Assembly: GCA_049519175.1 (NCBI GenBank)
Contig: JBEKQZ010000002.1
Location: 6,782 to 70,781 of the forward strand
DNA from: Candidatus Levyibacteriota bacterium
GTDB taxonomy: Bacteria; Patescibacteriota; Microgenomatia; Levybacterales; UBA12049
Direction of reading: 5' to 3'
DNA: 64,000 bases
Part shown: positions 1-9,968 of the stretch, in pieces
How the letters are laid out: each line of letters starts with the position of its first letter
Position numbering within the stretch: position 1 is the stretch's first letter
Program-made: the position numbers and the translations under genes
The notes under the pieces: model-generated
The model's input: the letters and a program-made list of their open reading frames with translations, nothing else
The model's database searches: none
What the model was told of the DNA's origin: nothing

Positions 1-465
1 ATTGGAGGTTTTGAATCGGTTTCTGCAGTTTTTCTTCCTTCCGGCGGAGTCAAAACAATATAACGGGCCATTTGTTCTCCTAGCTCGCCCATATCAACGC
101 GCACTTCTTGTTGATTAGTCATAAATTGCTCAGCAAGCTCATCTCTTGCGTGTCCAGCTTCTATGATTCTCCCTCTTTCGCTTTTTGGGGTTTGCTTTAT
201 TTGCTCCACTAACTCTCTTCGCGTTCTTCTTAGAGCATCTGGACGAGGTGAACCCAAGGTATTTTCACCCACAGCGGATTGATCATTTTTTATGGCAAGC
301 GTAGACTCACCGTGACGTTTTATTCTGCTTCTAGCGGATAACGCACGCCTTGCTTCTAAAATCCGTCTAACTCCAAAAAAATCGGAGCCTTCAGGATATT
401 GCGGAAATGGCCCTTTCTTAGCCGCTTCGCTTGGAGGTTTTATTTCAACTGGTCCTTCTGGCATA
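1..465 (-). CDS. hypothetical protein, N-terminal ~155 aa; the ORF runs off the window start
   Basis: My own translation of the minus strand from the ATG at 463-465 (MPEGPVEIKPPSEAAKKGPF...) shows no stop before position 1. The RBS is weak. It is absent from the ORF track only because it is truncated. Confidence 0.3.
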
Positions 466-503
466 ACTTAAGCCAATTATATCATTTTTTCCTCCTGAAG
501 CTA

Positions 504-1247
504 TTATTTGAAAGGTTTAAACTCCTGGCCGCCCATTTTGTAGTTATAGAACTTTTTGTAGATTGGGCCCTTAAAGATGAAGTGCAGCGCCGCGTAAATA
601 TTAAAATAAAAATATCCCAAAACACCGTCTTTTTCAACTCTTCTTAGGGAAAAATACATTTTAACTTTTCCGTCATGCTTAATTTTTAATTTATGCTTTG
701 CGGCAACTTCAAAAAAATATTGGTCCTCAAACGTAAACACCGTTTGATTATATCCCCCGGTTCTTAAGAAAGCTTCTTTGGTAACCAAATTTCCCGGTCC
801 GTTACCAAACGGTTTGCCCAAAGATGACGACGCTGCGCAAGCAAAGTTGATAATGGAGAAATAAACATTCCAAAGCCAATTTACGGCAATCGGAATAGAC
901 GTCGGTATCAGTAAATCCGCCTTTGTTTCCTCCATCTCTAGAAAACAAGACCTAACAAAGTCGTCTTTAACAGTAAAATCGGCATCCATAAAAGCAATGC
1001 AGTCCCCTCTTACATTATTTGCCCCAACGTTTCTTTGATACGCGACATTTCTTTTTTCTGCCTCTATTACTCTTAAATTTAATTTATTTTTAAAACTATT
1101 GGCTATCTTAACCGTGCTGTCTTCGGATTTTCCATCCACGACAATTACTTCGAAGTTTTTTTCGGTTTGGTTTACAAGTGAATTAAGAAGCAGCGGTAGA
1201 TATTTTTCTTCATTTAAAGCCGGAATAACTATCGACAGCAATTTCAC
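504..1247 (-). CDS. glycosyltransferase family 2 (dolichyl-phosphate mannosyltransferase-like)
   Basis: The N-terminus SIVIPALNEEKYLP...EVIVVDGKSEDST and the DAD motif (FMDADF) are typical of GT-A fold GT2 enzymes. Confidence 0.8.
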   Translation of the reverse strand: MKLLSIVIPALNEEKYLPLLLNSLVNQTEKNFEVIVVDGKSEDSTVKIANSFKNKLNLRVIEAEKRNVAYQRNVGANNVRGDCIAFMDADFTVKDDFVRSCFLEMEETKADLLIPTSIPIAVNWLWNVYFSIINFACAASSSLGKPFGNGPGNLVTKEAFLRTGGYNQTVFTFEDQYFFEVAAKHKLKIKHDGKVKMYFSLRRVEKDGVLGYFYFNIYAALHFIFKGPIYKKFYNYKMGGQEFKPFK

Positions 1248-1322
1248 CTTAAATCTATTCTAACAATAACCAAATTGCTTTACAATTGGCGAATAAAGAC
1301 TTTCTCTTGTATAATAACGTAT

Positions 1323-2009
1323 ATGAAAATCTCTGTTATTATACCTGCCTACAATGAGGAAAAAAGGATTGAAACGTGTCTTAAAAATATTGTTACCCAG
1401 ATTGAAAAACCGTTCGAAGTGATCGTGGTGGATAATAACTGCACAGACAAAACCGCAGAAATCGCCAGAAAGTTTGGCGCAAAAATTGTTAAAGAAAAGG
1501 AGCAAGGAACAAGGTCGGCAAGGGACGCTGGGTTCAACGCCGCTAAGGGAGACATAATTGCCAGAACCGACGCCGATACATTGGTTCCATTAGATTGGAC
1601 TAGGAAAATCAGAGAGTCTTTCGAGCAGGATGATGCCTTACTTGGGCTTTCCGGACCTGGACGATACTATGACATTCCTTCGTTTATCCAGTATAAAAAT
1701 TGGATATCTTCCATGGCGCCGCAATTCCTAAGATTTTTCATGAAGCATGACGGGCTGCTCGGATTTAATTTGGCGATTAGAAGAGAAACTTGGAACTTAG
1801 TAAAAAAGGAGGTGTGTTTAGACGATAAAAATATCCACGAAGACGGCGATTTAGCAATCCATATCGCAAGGCATGGGAAGGTCAAACTGGATCGCTCGAT
1901 GGTTGCGCGCACTTCCCTAAGGCAGCTAAAAAAAATCGAAAAACTTTATGATTATTTAATTAGGAGAAGTTTCCAAACAGTTTCCCGGAAACGCCATCCA
2001 AGAAATTAA
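1323..2009 (+). CDS. glycosyltransferase family 2
   Basis: The ORF begins at 1275, but the canonical GT2 N-terminus MKISVIIPAYNEE starts at the internal Met at 1323. It has EVIVVDNNCTDKT and a DxD motif (RTDADT). A TATAAT lies at 1309-1314. Confidence 0.8.
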   Translation: MKISVIIPAYNEEKRIETCLKNIVTQIEKPFEVIVVDNNCTDKTAEIARKFGAKIVKEKEQGTRSARDAGFNAAKGDIIARTDADTLVPLDWTRKIRESFEQDDALLGLSGPGRYYDIPSFIQYKNWISSMAPQFLRFFMKHDGLLGFNLAIRRETWNLVKKEVCLDDKNIHEDGDLAIHIARHGKVKLDRSMVARTSLRQLKKIEKLYDYLIRRSFQTVSRKRHPRN

Positions 2010-2431
2010 AGATTTTTCTTAAACTTATCTATCGCACCGTAAATCATTTCAGAAAACCTTTTCTCGAAAATCTTGTTGAACATCGGCCCGAATATGGGTC
2101 CGTAGCTGTAGGTAATTAAGCCTTTGATATAAGTTTTTTTATCTTTTTCTTCAAAGTCAACTGTTTCCCTGATTCCGCCTATCAATGGCAGCGGACAATA
2201 AAACTCGAGCGTTTTTTCTTTTTCAAACTTGGTCACTTGATGTAAAACCAGTGCGGGAAAATAAACAACCGTCGCCAAATCAAACCACCTATAGCCCAAT
2301 TTCATTTCGCCTTTGTAAAAAACCGCGTGGACGAATTTAAAATATTTGGGATAATTTTCGGGATTAATAAATAATTGCCAGACCTTTTCCACGGGCAAAT
2401 CGACTGTAGCTTCAATGTTTATCTGTTTCAT
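2006..2431 (-). CDS. hypothetical protein, SRPBCC/Bet v1-like fold candidate
   Basis: 141-aa ORF with a mixed alpha/beta pattern and no catalytic motif I recognise. The assignment is weak. Confidence 0.45.
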   Translation of the reverse strand: MKQINIEATVDLPVEKVWQLFINPENYPKYFKFVHAVFYKGEMKLGYRWFDLATVVYFPALVLHQVTKFEKEKTLEFYCPLPLIGGIRETVDFEEKDKKTYIKGLITYSYGPIFGPMFNKIFEKRFSEMIYGAIDKFKKNL

Positions 2432-2649
2432 TAGCTGATTATAACAGGTTCATTTTAAGATTCCAGTTCCAGCCACCAAAAAATCACCCCGTAGGTGGTT
2501 TTTAAATGAAAAGTACTTTTTAACCAAAAAGTGGTAGGAAAAGCGAATGGAGATATTTTACAAGCGCCATTCACGCTTGGTGTTACGAGTTCGTTAGCAG
2601 TCATGAAAAATCATTTTACTAACTTCGCCGTTCTTCTCCTACTCCTACT

Positions 2650-2675
2650 TTTAAAATAGGGACGCGCCCTATTTA
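2650..2675 (-). terminator. hairpin (AATAGGG-cgcgt-CCCTATT) followed by a U-rich tract immediately 3' of the 16S rRNA
   Basis: Perfect 7-bp inverted repeat at 2653-2671. On the minus strand it is followed by TTTTAAAAG. The 16S is not followed by a 23S gene, so a terminator or processing stem here is plausible. Confidence 0.3.
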
Positions 2676-2726
2676 ATTTTAGAAAGGAGGTGATCCATCC
2701 CCACCTTCGGGTAGGGATACCTTGTT

Positions 2727-2937
2727 CATATTGTTCCACCTATTACTAGGGGTATGGACTATATCTTCATCCTTAAAAAATGACTTTTAAGGCGTCAACG
2801 TTTAGTCTCTACGGGGTCAATCCGTTAAAAACGGACGACTTCCCTCGGTATTGTCCCTTGATAATTATATCAAGTAGGAGTTCACCGATACAGTTGAGGT
2901 TTTCTATGCCGTTACCGACATAGGTCGCAACATTTAT
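2727..2937 (-). other. 16S rRNA intron 1 (~211 nt, no ORF) inserted between ...AAGTCGTA and ACAAGGTA... (E. coli ~1506 region)
   Basis: Conserved flanks ccttgtt|...|acgactt on the plus strand. The intervening 211 nt have no rRNA counterpart. Confidence 0.6.
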
Positions 2938-3024
2938 ACGACTTAAGCCTTATCGCCGATCTTTATCTCTCCCGACAGAATCGAAATTCGATAATTACCG
3001 ACTTTACTGCCTTGACGGGCGGAT

Positions 3025-3870
3025 TGGGATAAATGAAAGTTTTTTCCCGTTCCCACCCGGCGAGCGGATTTCCCGCACCGGGCGAGCCCTAATGATGCAT
3101 AGATAATTTTAATTGTCTGATTATATCTATTCCCTTTTGATTAAAATGATCTTTATTAATAATCATTTTAGTGACTTGAGAAAAAATCTCAAAATCACGT
3201 TGTTTTTTTGGGCTTTGAAGAGAATGTTTATTAAAAAAGTCAATCAATTTTAACTTATCTGTATTTGAATTTACTTCAAACCTATAACAAGATGAATGAT
3301 TTTTTCTTGTTTCTTTTTGAAAGTAAATAAAACCGAATTTTAAAAAATCTTTAATTTTCTCTAAAACTAGAAGATCATCTTCACGTAGTTTTATATAAAA
3401 ATGAGATTTTGCCCTTATATGAGCATTTGGATTCTTAGTTTTATCTCTTTCAGTAAGATTGACATAAAAACATCCTTCTCCGTCAGTTAATCCAACAATA
3501 TAATTTGCATCTATCATTAGGTTGTTTCCTTCATCACCGCAGCGGTAATAATTTTACTTTAGAGTAAAATGTTCTACTTGTCAATGATTACTATGAAAAC
3601 AGCTGACTTCTCTTAAAGCAAATGCTTTCTATCCTTAAGAGATCTCCCAAGGTCACTTACGAAACATTTCCAAACATCCTAACTAGATTTTTTCATAGTT
3701 CTTCTCCTAGACACACCGTTAGGATCGAACATCTATTTTTTTGTTAGGCTGCCTTTTGCTTCAGGCCCTCCAGGACATCTGTCACCAGTATTGTCCCTGC
3801 CATATCTTTTTAGCTACAAGAGTGGATTTTAACCACTTTGCTAAGTAAGCTGCTTGGCGCGCATTTATTC
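3025..3870 (-). mobile_element. 16S rRNA intron 2 (~846 nt) carrying a LAGLIDADG homing endonuclease gene; inserted between ACACA and CCGCCCGTC (E. coli ~1397)
   Basis: Plus strand gacgggcgg (3016-3024) and tgtgtacaag (3871-3880) are contiguous in every 16S rRNA but lie 846 nt apart here. The intervening sequence contains ORF 3089-3517. Confidence 0.75.
3089..3517 (-). CDS. LAGLIDADG-family homing endonuclease (intron-encoded)
   Basis: N-terminal motif IVGLTDGEGCFYV is a LAGLIDADG variant. The 142-aa basic protein lies wholly inside the 16S insertion. Confidence 0.8.
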   Translation of the reverse strand: MIDANYIVGLTDGEGCFYVNLTERDKTKNPNAHIRAKSHFYIKLREDDLLVLEKIKDFLKFGFIYFQKETRKNHSSCYRFEVNSNTDKLKLIDFFNKHSLQSPKKQRDFEIFSQVTKMIINKDHFNQKGIDIIRQLKLSMHH

Positions 3871-4170
3871 TGTGTACAAGACCCGAGAACGTATTCACCG
3901 CGGCTTGCTGATCCGCGATTACTACCGATTCCGACTTCATGAGGTCAGGTTGCAGACCTCAATCTGAACTGAGGCGAAATTTAAGGGATTCGCTTGCCAT
4001 TGCTGGCTTGCAGCCCGTTGTTTTTCGCCATTGTAGTGTGTGTGTAGCCCAGGGTATAAGGGCCGTGCTGACTTGACGTCTTCCGCTCCTTCCTTCCCAG
4101 TAAAACTGGGACCGTCTCCAATGAATATTCAACATTGGACGCGGGTTGCGCTCGTTTCCCCACTTAAGGG

Positions 4171-4214
<44 letters not shown>

Positions 4215-4322
4215 GTACCATCCTTGCGGATTTCTCTCCATTTCTGGAAAAATAAACGGTATCATGTCAAACCCTGGTGAGGTTTTTCGTTTTGTCTCGA
4301 ATTGAACCACACGCTCCACCGG

Positions 4323-4382
<60 letters not shown>

Positions 4383-5423
4383 TCTGCTTAACGTGTTAAC
4401 TTGCGCCTCATCGTTACCGAAAAAGCTAGCAGACATCGTTTACGGCTAGGACTACACAGGTATCTAATCTGTTTCGCTCCCCTAGCTTTCGTGCCTCAGC
4501 GTCAGGAAAATCCCAGATACTTGCCTTCGCCTTTGGTGTTCCAGTTAATATCAACGCATTTCACTGCTACATTAACTGTTCCAGTATCCCTGACAATCCT
4601 CAACATCGAAAGTATCATACCCACTCCCAAGGGTAAGCCTTGGTCTTTAAGGTATGACTTTTCGATGAGCCTACGCACACTTTACGCCCAATGAATCCGG
4701 ATAATGCTTGCATCCTACGTATTACCGAGACTTCTGGCACGTAGTTAGTAGATGCTTATTCTATAAACCGTGAAAGATTTATCAAAAGAAGTTTACGACC
4801 CTAAGGCCTTCTTCCTTCACGCGGCGTCGCTGCGTCAGACTTTCGTCCATTGCGCAATATTCCTAGTTGCTGCCATCCGTAGATGTACTGCCCGTATCTC
4901 AGTGCAGTTGTGGCTGATCGACCTCTCAGTCCAGCTACCCGTCATCGCCTTGGTGGGCTTTTACCCCGCCAACAAGCTGATAGGACGCAGGCTCATCCCT
5001 TGGCGCGAAGTTAATCGCTTTACAATAAATTGATTATGAACTATTACCCCAGCTTTCGCTGAGCTATGGTCCACCTAGGGGTAGATTCCTACGCGTTACT
5101 CACCCGTCTGCCATTTGGTCCTTGCGGACCCCATTCGACTTGCATGCCTAAGGCACGCCGCCAGCATTCATCCTGAACCAGGATCAAATTCTCAAAAAAA
5201 TTGTTCGGATTATCTTTAGGGAATTAATCCGAAAGAATTCCTACCACTTTTTGATCGAGAAGTTGTGACACTTCTTCACAAAAAGCTATCCTTTTCATTT
5301 TGTGCTGTACTTTTAAATTATCAAAGTGCAAAAACTTTTAAGAACCCCTATAAGACCAAAAATCCCGCCAAAGGCGGGGTGCAATCCCAAACTTATGGCG
5401 AAAGGTCTTACATATCTTTTACC

Positions 5424-5451
5424 ATTATAGATTAATTTTTAGCTTTGTCAA
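5424..5451 (-). promoter_or_regulatory. sigma70-like promoter for the 16S rRNA (TTGACA-N16-TATAAT on the minus strand)
   Basis: The reverse complement of 5424-5451 reads TTGACAaagctaaaaattaatcTATAAT, about 230 nt upstream of the mature 16S 5' end. Confidence 0.5.
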
Positions 5452-5473
5452 GGAGAAAAGGAAGAATTGAACT

Positions 5474-5929
5474 CTACTCGGTATTTGCTCTTTCGTCTGA
5501 AATGTCATGCCATAAATCAGGATCTATCTCGCCGTTTGCAACCGCCTCTTCGTCTCTAGCAGTATTGACCACTTCTTCGTCATCCAAAACTTCAACTCTT
5601 TCATCTTCCGCAGAAACTCCGCGCGGCGCGGGAAACGAAGCCTCAAAAACAACTTCTTCTGCCAACTCTGCCGCAGGGGCTAGTTTTAATTCTCTGTCAA
5701 TATCAAATTCTGCAGGAGCACCTTGATCCAATCTGCTTAAAGCACTTTCAACCATAAGACCAGGAAGAGCGTCGACAACATCGGCGATTCCCAAATCTAT
5801 TCCGCCAGCAGCCCAAAGCTCCTCAATTTCCAGTCTTCTTGTCAATCCCGTAGCTACCGGAAGTTCTCCTGTTAATTGCGCGCTAAACGGTACTTCTCTA
5901 CTTGGTCTAAAATCTGCTCTTTCTGTCAT
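5474..5929 (-). CDS. hypothetical acidic protein (151 aa)
   Basis: The ORF is D/E-rich. The overlapping plus ORF 5445-5726 is Ser-rich low complexity, so I prefer the minus ORF. There is no motif support. Confidence 0.35.
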   Translation of the reverse strand: MTERADFRPSREVPFSAQLTGELPVATGLTRRLEIEELWAAGGIDLGIADVVDALPGLMVESALSRLDQGAPAEFDIDRELKLAPAAELAEEVVFEASFPAPRGVSAEDERVEVLDDEEVVNTARDEEAVANGEIDPDLWHDISDERANTE

Positions 5930-5965
5930 AGGATGTTTCGTTTATATCACTGGGAAATTTGATTG

Positions 5966-6568
5966 TCAAACTTTTCCCAACAGCAACATGGTCCAGGCAA
6001 AAGGAAATCTTCTGGCGAGGATTTTGACTTTTGGACCGACGTTTTTCTTCACAAACTGTGGAAAGCTAAACATTGTCCAGTGGTTAATGTGTTCAATGTC
6101 GTTGCCAAATCTTGACCAATTCTTGCCCCGGACGAGCTGAGCCAACATAAAAAATGGTTCGTTGGGAACGGAAATAACCAAGTACTTTTTCGAAACCCTA
6201 ACCAGCTCTTTTAAAGCCTTCTCTGACTCTTCTAAGTGCTCTAGAACCTCCGTGCATAAGACTAAATCGAATGAATTAGCTTTATAAGGAAGCGCGTAAA
6301 TACTCCCTTGGGTTATTTTAATGTCGGGGTAAGTTTTTTTGCCCAAGAGAATCGCGTCTTTTGAATATTCCAGACCTTCCAGCTTCTTGCCAATCCCGTG
6401 TTCTTTTAGGCGGTTGAGAGTGAAACCTTCGCCACAACCAACATCCAGAATTGAATCCACCTTCTTTGAAGCCGTGAGGTTAACCAGCTGCCGAAAGAAA
6501 TTCCAGAGCAATAGTCTCTGAATCGGGTTTTTGCTGGTATGCTTTCTGTAATTATCGGTTGTATTCAT
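5966..6568 (-). CDS. class I SAM-dependent methyltransferase
   Basis: Motif I is ILDVGCGEGF, with a downstream acidic residue and a DLVLCTEVLEHL motif II/III pattern. Confidence 0.8.
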   Translation of the reverse strand: MNTTDNYRKHTSKNPIQRLLLWNFFRQLVNLTASKKVDSILDVGCGEGFTLNRLKEHGIGKKLEGLEYSKDAILLGKKTYPDIKITQGSIYALPYKANSFDLVLCTEVLEHLEESEKALKELVRVSKKYLVISVPNEPFFMLAQLVRGKNWSRFGNDIEHINHWTMFSFPQFVKKNVGPKVKILARRFPFAWTMLLLGKV

Positions 6569-7099
6569 TTATAAATTCCTCGCTGCGTAATAAATAACTA
6601 TACCAAGTGAAACTATAACATTCAAGCTTTTGTTTACGCCCCACATCGGAATTTCGGCGATTTGGTCGGAAGCTTTTAAAGTTTCGCGTGAACAGCCGTC
6701 GGTTTCGTTGCCAACCACAAACGCCAGCGGCAATTTGTAGTCAATTTCCGTATAGGGAACGCTTTTTTTATCCTGCTCAATCGCAATTATTTGAACATCT
6801 TTAATCTTTAATCTTAAATCTTTAATCGCTTCTACTGCAGTCTCTGCATACTTCCACTTGACCCATTCGGTGGTATTAATCGAAGCTTTTTTAATCCGCG
6901 TATTTGGCGGCGTTTCCGTTACTCCGCACAGATAAATCTTTTTTACGCCCAGCGCATCCGCCAAACGAAAAATTCCGCCGGTGTTATAAGTATCTAGAAT
7001 ATTATCGAGAATAAAATAAATCTCCCGTCTTTTAATTTTTGCCAGCTCTTCTTTTGTCGGCTCGCTGACTCGAAGTTCTGCCGCCTTTAGTTTTATCAT
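6569..7099 (-). CDS. SpoU/TrmH-family RNA 2'-O-methyltransferase
   Basis: The SPOUT motifs are FVVGNETDGCS and IPMWGVNKSLNVIVSLGIVIY, with an NTGGIFR motif. Its stop abuts the next start (6568/6569). Confidence 0.8.
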   Translation of the reverse strand: MIKLKAAELRVSEPTKEELAKIKRREIYFILDNILDTYNTGGIFRLADALGVKKIYLCGVTETPPNTRIKKASINTTEWVKWKYAETAVEAIKDLRLKIKDVQIIAIEQDKKSVPYTEIDYKLPLAFVVGNETDGCSRETLKASDQIAEIPMWGVNKSLNVIVSLGIVIYYAARNL

Positions 7100-7164
7100 T
7101 GTCGTATTATACTAAAATTGAAAGCCAATTAGAAATTTCAACCTAGAACCTGTATAATACCGCC

Positions 7165-8742
7165 ATGCTTTCAGATACCGAGCCTTTTTCACATCTTGCC
7201 ACAGCACTACTTAAAACCTTTGAGCCGAAAGCGGCTTACGACACCGGAAATAAGATTTCCGTCAATATTTTGGTTTCCAAAGTCGCCTCCTACTACGAAA
7301 AACTAAGAACCGCCATGGACTACGGCGGCGAAGAAACAATTTTACGAAGGACCATCGAAAGGACTTTAAAACGAATGTTGTTCTTGGAAGCCGAACCAAA
7401 CTCTATTGCTAAGGATCTTGTGCGGGAACTTATTTGGGCAGGTTATTTTGCCGATGCCACCGTCCCCGAGTCAATTGTCGCTAAAGTCGCTTCCTCAATT
7501 ACACTTTATTTGAGATTAAAAAATGACATTTTGGCACAAAAACTGCTGCCAAAAGTCGACATTTATAGCTATATTGTGCAACTTTTGTCCTGCGAAATCG
7601 ACTCGATTCTTTTGCCAAATCATGAAAAAGAGGCGTTGTGTAATTTTATGTTCCATATTCTTAAAGATTCGGTCGAAATTACCGACGACTCGGTGCAAAC
7701 TAAAGACGTCCAGGTGTTTATTGCCGTTCGGAAAAATTTTGCCCGCGACGATTTGGCTTTTTTAAGATACCGGCTGTTTTTGCAGATTTTTGGCCGGCTG
7801 ACGGAAGAAAATTTTGCTAAAGTTGTCGGTGGTTTTGTTGACGGCTATAAGGAAATCGAATACGAGTTGCAATACCCTAGGAAAGACCGCATTTTTAACC
7901 ACGTCAAAAAGAAAACCCCACCATTTTTAATTCTTTACGATCTACTGCTTAGGGAGCATACGACCATCAAAACTTTAGTCAAAGACCCGGAGAAATTCAA
8001 AGCACAGGTGTTTGCGATTTGCGAAACCCGCTATAAAAGCATAGGCAAGAAAATCCGCACCGCCATTATCCGTAGCTTTATTTTTATTCTTTTTACCAAA
8101 GCTTTCGTGGCACTGTTTATCGAGGGCACTTTTGAAAGACTTTTCTACGGACAGGTTCAATGGATGTCAATTGGACTAAATACCGTTGTCCCACCGCTTT
8201 TGATGATTGTCTCCGGGCTTTTGATTAAAACGCCAAACGCGCAAAATTCCAACCGCATTTATCTGGATATCCGCGAATTGCTGTTTACCGAAAATCCCCA
8301 AATAATTCCGACGCTACAGCTGAAACTAAAAAAAGACAGCGGTCACGCGGTTAAAGATTACGTCTTTTCAATTCTCTGGTTTTTGAGTATCGGCTTAGTT
8401 TTCGGACTGATTATCTGGGGACTCACGCTTTTGCATTTTAATCCTTTAAGTCAAATTATTTTCCTTTTCTTCGTGGCGATTGTTTCTTTTTTGGCCTACC
8501 GCATTTATCAAACCGCCAACATTTATTCCGTCATTTCCAAAACCAGCCTGTTTGGGCCGGTTTTTGACTTTTTCTTTGTGCCGATTGTGCGCGTCGGGCG
8601 AAGATTAACCGAGGGCTTTTCGCAAATCAATTTCATTTTGCTGTTTATTGACTTTCTAATTGAAGCCCCGTTTAAAGGACTGTTCGGATTTTTCGAACAA
8701 TGGTTTCTATTTTTAGCCAACAAGCGAGAGGAACTAGAATAG
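7165..8742 (+). CDS. hypothetical membrane protein (525 aa; soluble N-domain, ~6 TM helices C-terminal)
   Basis: Long ORF with C-terminal hydrophobic segments and no recognisable catalytic motif. Confidence 0.6.
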   Translation: MLSDTEPFSHLATALLKTFEPKAAYDTGNKISVNILVSKVASYYEKLRTAMDYGGEETILRRTIERTLKRMLFLEAEPNSIAKDLVRELIWAGYFADATVPESIVAKVASSITLYLRLKNDILAQKLLPKVDIYSYIVQLLSCEIDSILLPNHEKEALCNFMFHILKDSVEITDDSVQTKDVQVFIAVRKNFARDDLAFLRYRLFLQIFGRLTEENFAKVVGGFVDGYKEIEYELQYPRKDRIFNHVKKKTPPFLILYDLLLREHTTIKTLVKDPEKFKAQVFAICETRYKSIGKKIRTAIIRSFIFILFTKAFVALFIEGTFERLFYGQVQWMSIGLNTVVPPLLMIVSGLLIKTPNAQNSNRIYLDIRELLFTENPQIIPTLQLKLKKDSGHAVKDYVFSILWFLSIGLVFGLIIWGLTLLHFNPLSQIIFLFFVAIVSFLAYRIYQTANIYSVISKTSLFGPVFDFFFVPIVRVGRRLTEGFSQINFILLFIDFLIEAPFKGLFGFFEQWFLFLANKREELE

Positions 8743-8769
8743 TTATTCTTCTGTAAGGCTTGACAAGAA

Positions 8770-9249
8770 TTGGCCTTAGTGAATTATAATAAGGATTACA
8801 TGACCGCAACCGGACACGCCCTAGTAGGCACAGTTATCGCCGCCAAAGTTGGCAACCCCGCCCTCGCCATTCCCGTTGCCCTTGCTTCACATTTTTTATG
8901 TGACGCACTTCCCCACTGGGACACGGGCTACGCCAGAGAAAAGAAGAGCAAAGCTAGATTTGTCACGGAAAGCGCCATTGATGTCCTTTTGGGTTTTGTT
9001 TTAGCTTATCTTTTGATAGTGCTGTTTTTCCCCTCAACCAGTCTTTTCTACGCGTTTTTGATAATTATCGTGGCCCAGTTGCCAGACTGGCTAACCGCGC
9101 CTTATCTTTTCTTAGACTGGAACTTTCCGCCATTTACTTGGATCTATGAATGTCAGAAAAAATTTGATTCTTCAATCGGTCTTCCCTGGGGAGCTATAAA
9201 TCAGGTAGTCGCAGTCGTCGCCCTCGTTTTTCTCGCCAAAGTTTTCTAA
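8770..9249 (+). CDS. hypothetical polytopic membrane protein (possible membrane-bound metal-dependent hydrolase-like)
   Basis: Four hydrophobic helices and conserved His/Asp (HFLCDALPHWD). The assignment is weak. Confidence 0.5.
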   Translation: MALVNYNKDYMTATGHALVGTVIAAKVGNPALAIPVALASHFLCDALPHWDTGYAREKKSKARFVTESAIDVLLGFVLAYLLIVLFFPSTSLFYAFLIIIVAQLPDWLTAPYLFLDWNFPPFTWIYECQKKFDSSIGLPWGAINQVVAVVALVFLAKVF

Positions 9250-9257
9250 AAATTAAT

Positions 9258-9968
9258 TCAAGCAACAGGAGTTTCAGGAGAGTCTTCCGAAGTAGGTTTA
9301 TTCCTTGCTTCATCCATCGGATAGAGTTTAACCCTACCGCTTAACCAGCCATCTAATTCAGACATCTCGTAATCGTATTTTAATGGAGCAAGTTGGTCAA
9401 GACTATCAACGCTAACCTTTTGCAAGTGTACTTTCGAACCAATATTGGTTATACGTAGATAATCTTCTAAAGATGCTCCTGTTAATTCTACATAGCCTAA
9501 GTTTAATAAAGCGCTTGCCACAGGCGAATCTTCTAAGCGCCCCGAAACTTGTTGCCCTTCTTTGATTTCGTGCGTCTGCGGATCGATAAATTGACAAAAC
9601 GAAATATCAACCAGAAACTTTTTTCCTCCGACAGTAACTATATTAAATCCGTGCCCAAATGAATCAATATTTCTACCCCCTAAGCTTTCGTGGACATCCA
9701 TTGCCTGATATGATTTTGCGTCAAAACCTTTATTTTCGGCTGCTCTTTTAACCAGGTCAACTGCCAAATTACAAACTCCCTTTCTACCGCCGGCTACTCT
9801 TGGATCACCCGCTTTATCAAAAACTCTATCGACCTCCTGAATTATTTCCCCGATGGGCGCTTCCGGCGATTGAACCCCCTCATGTTTAGCTGAAAAACCT
9901 GGAGGAGCATCTAAAAGAACATCTACCATAACACTATTGACGCTAACATTCTTCTTAACTGATGTCAA
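9258..9968 (-). CDS. hypothetical protein (236 aa), translationally coupled to topA
   Basis: Its start overlaps the topA stop in an ATGA arrangement (9965-9968). No motif recognised. Confidence 0.55.
   Translation of the reverse strand: MTSVKKNVSVNSVMVDVLLDAPPGFSAKHEGVQSPEAPIGEIIQEVDRVFDKAGDPRVAGGRKGVCNLAVDLVKRAAENKGFDAKSYQAMDVHESLGGRNIDSFGHGFNIVTVGGKKFLVDISFCQFIDPQTHEIKEGQQVSGRLEDSPVASALLNLGYVELTGASLEDYLRITNIGSKVHLQKVSVDSLDQLAPLKYDYEMSELDGWLSGRVKLYPMDEARNKPTSEDSPETPVA

Noticed and set aside
399-647. 82-aa plus-strand ORF
   Set aside because: It is antisense to the GT2 gene (504-1247) and to the truncated minus ORF. It is Phe/Trp-rich junk translation.
5445-5726. Ser-rich 93-aa plus ORF
   Set aside because: It is low-complexity and overlaps the more protein-like minus ORF 5474-5929.
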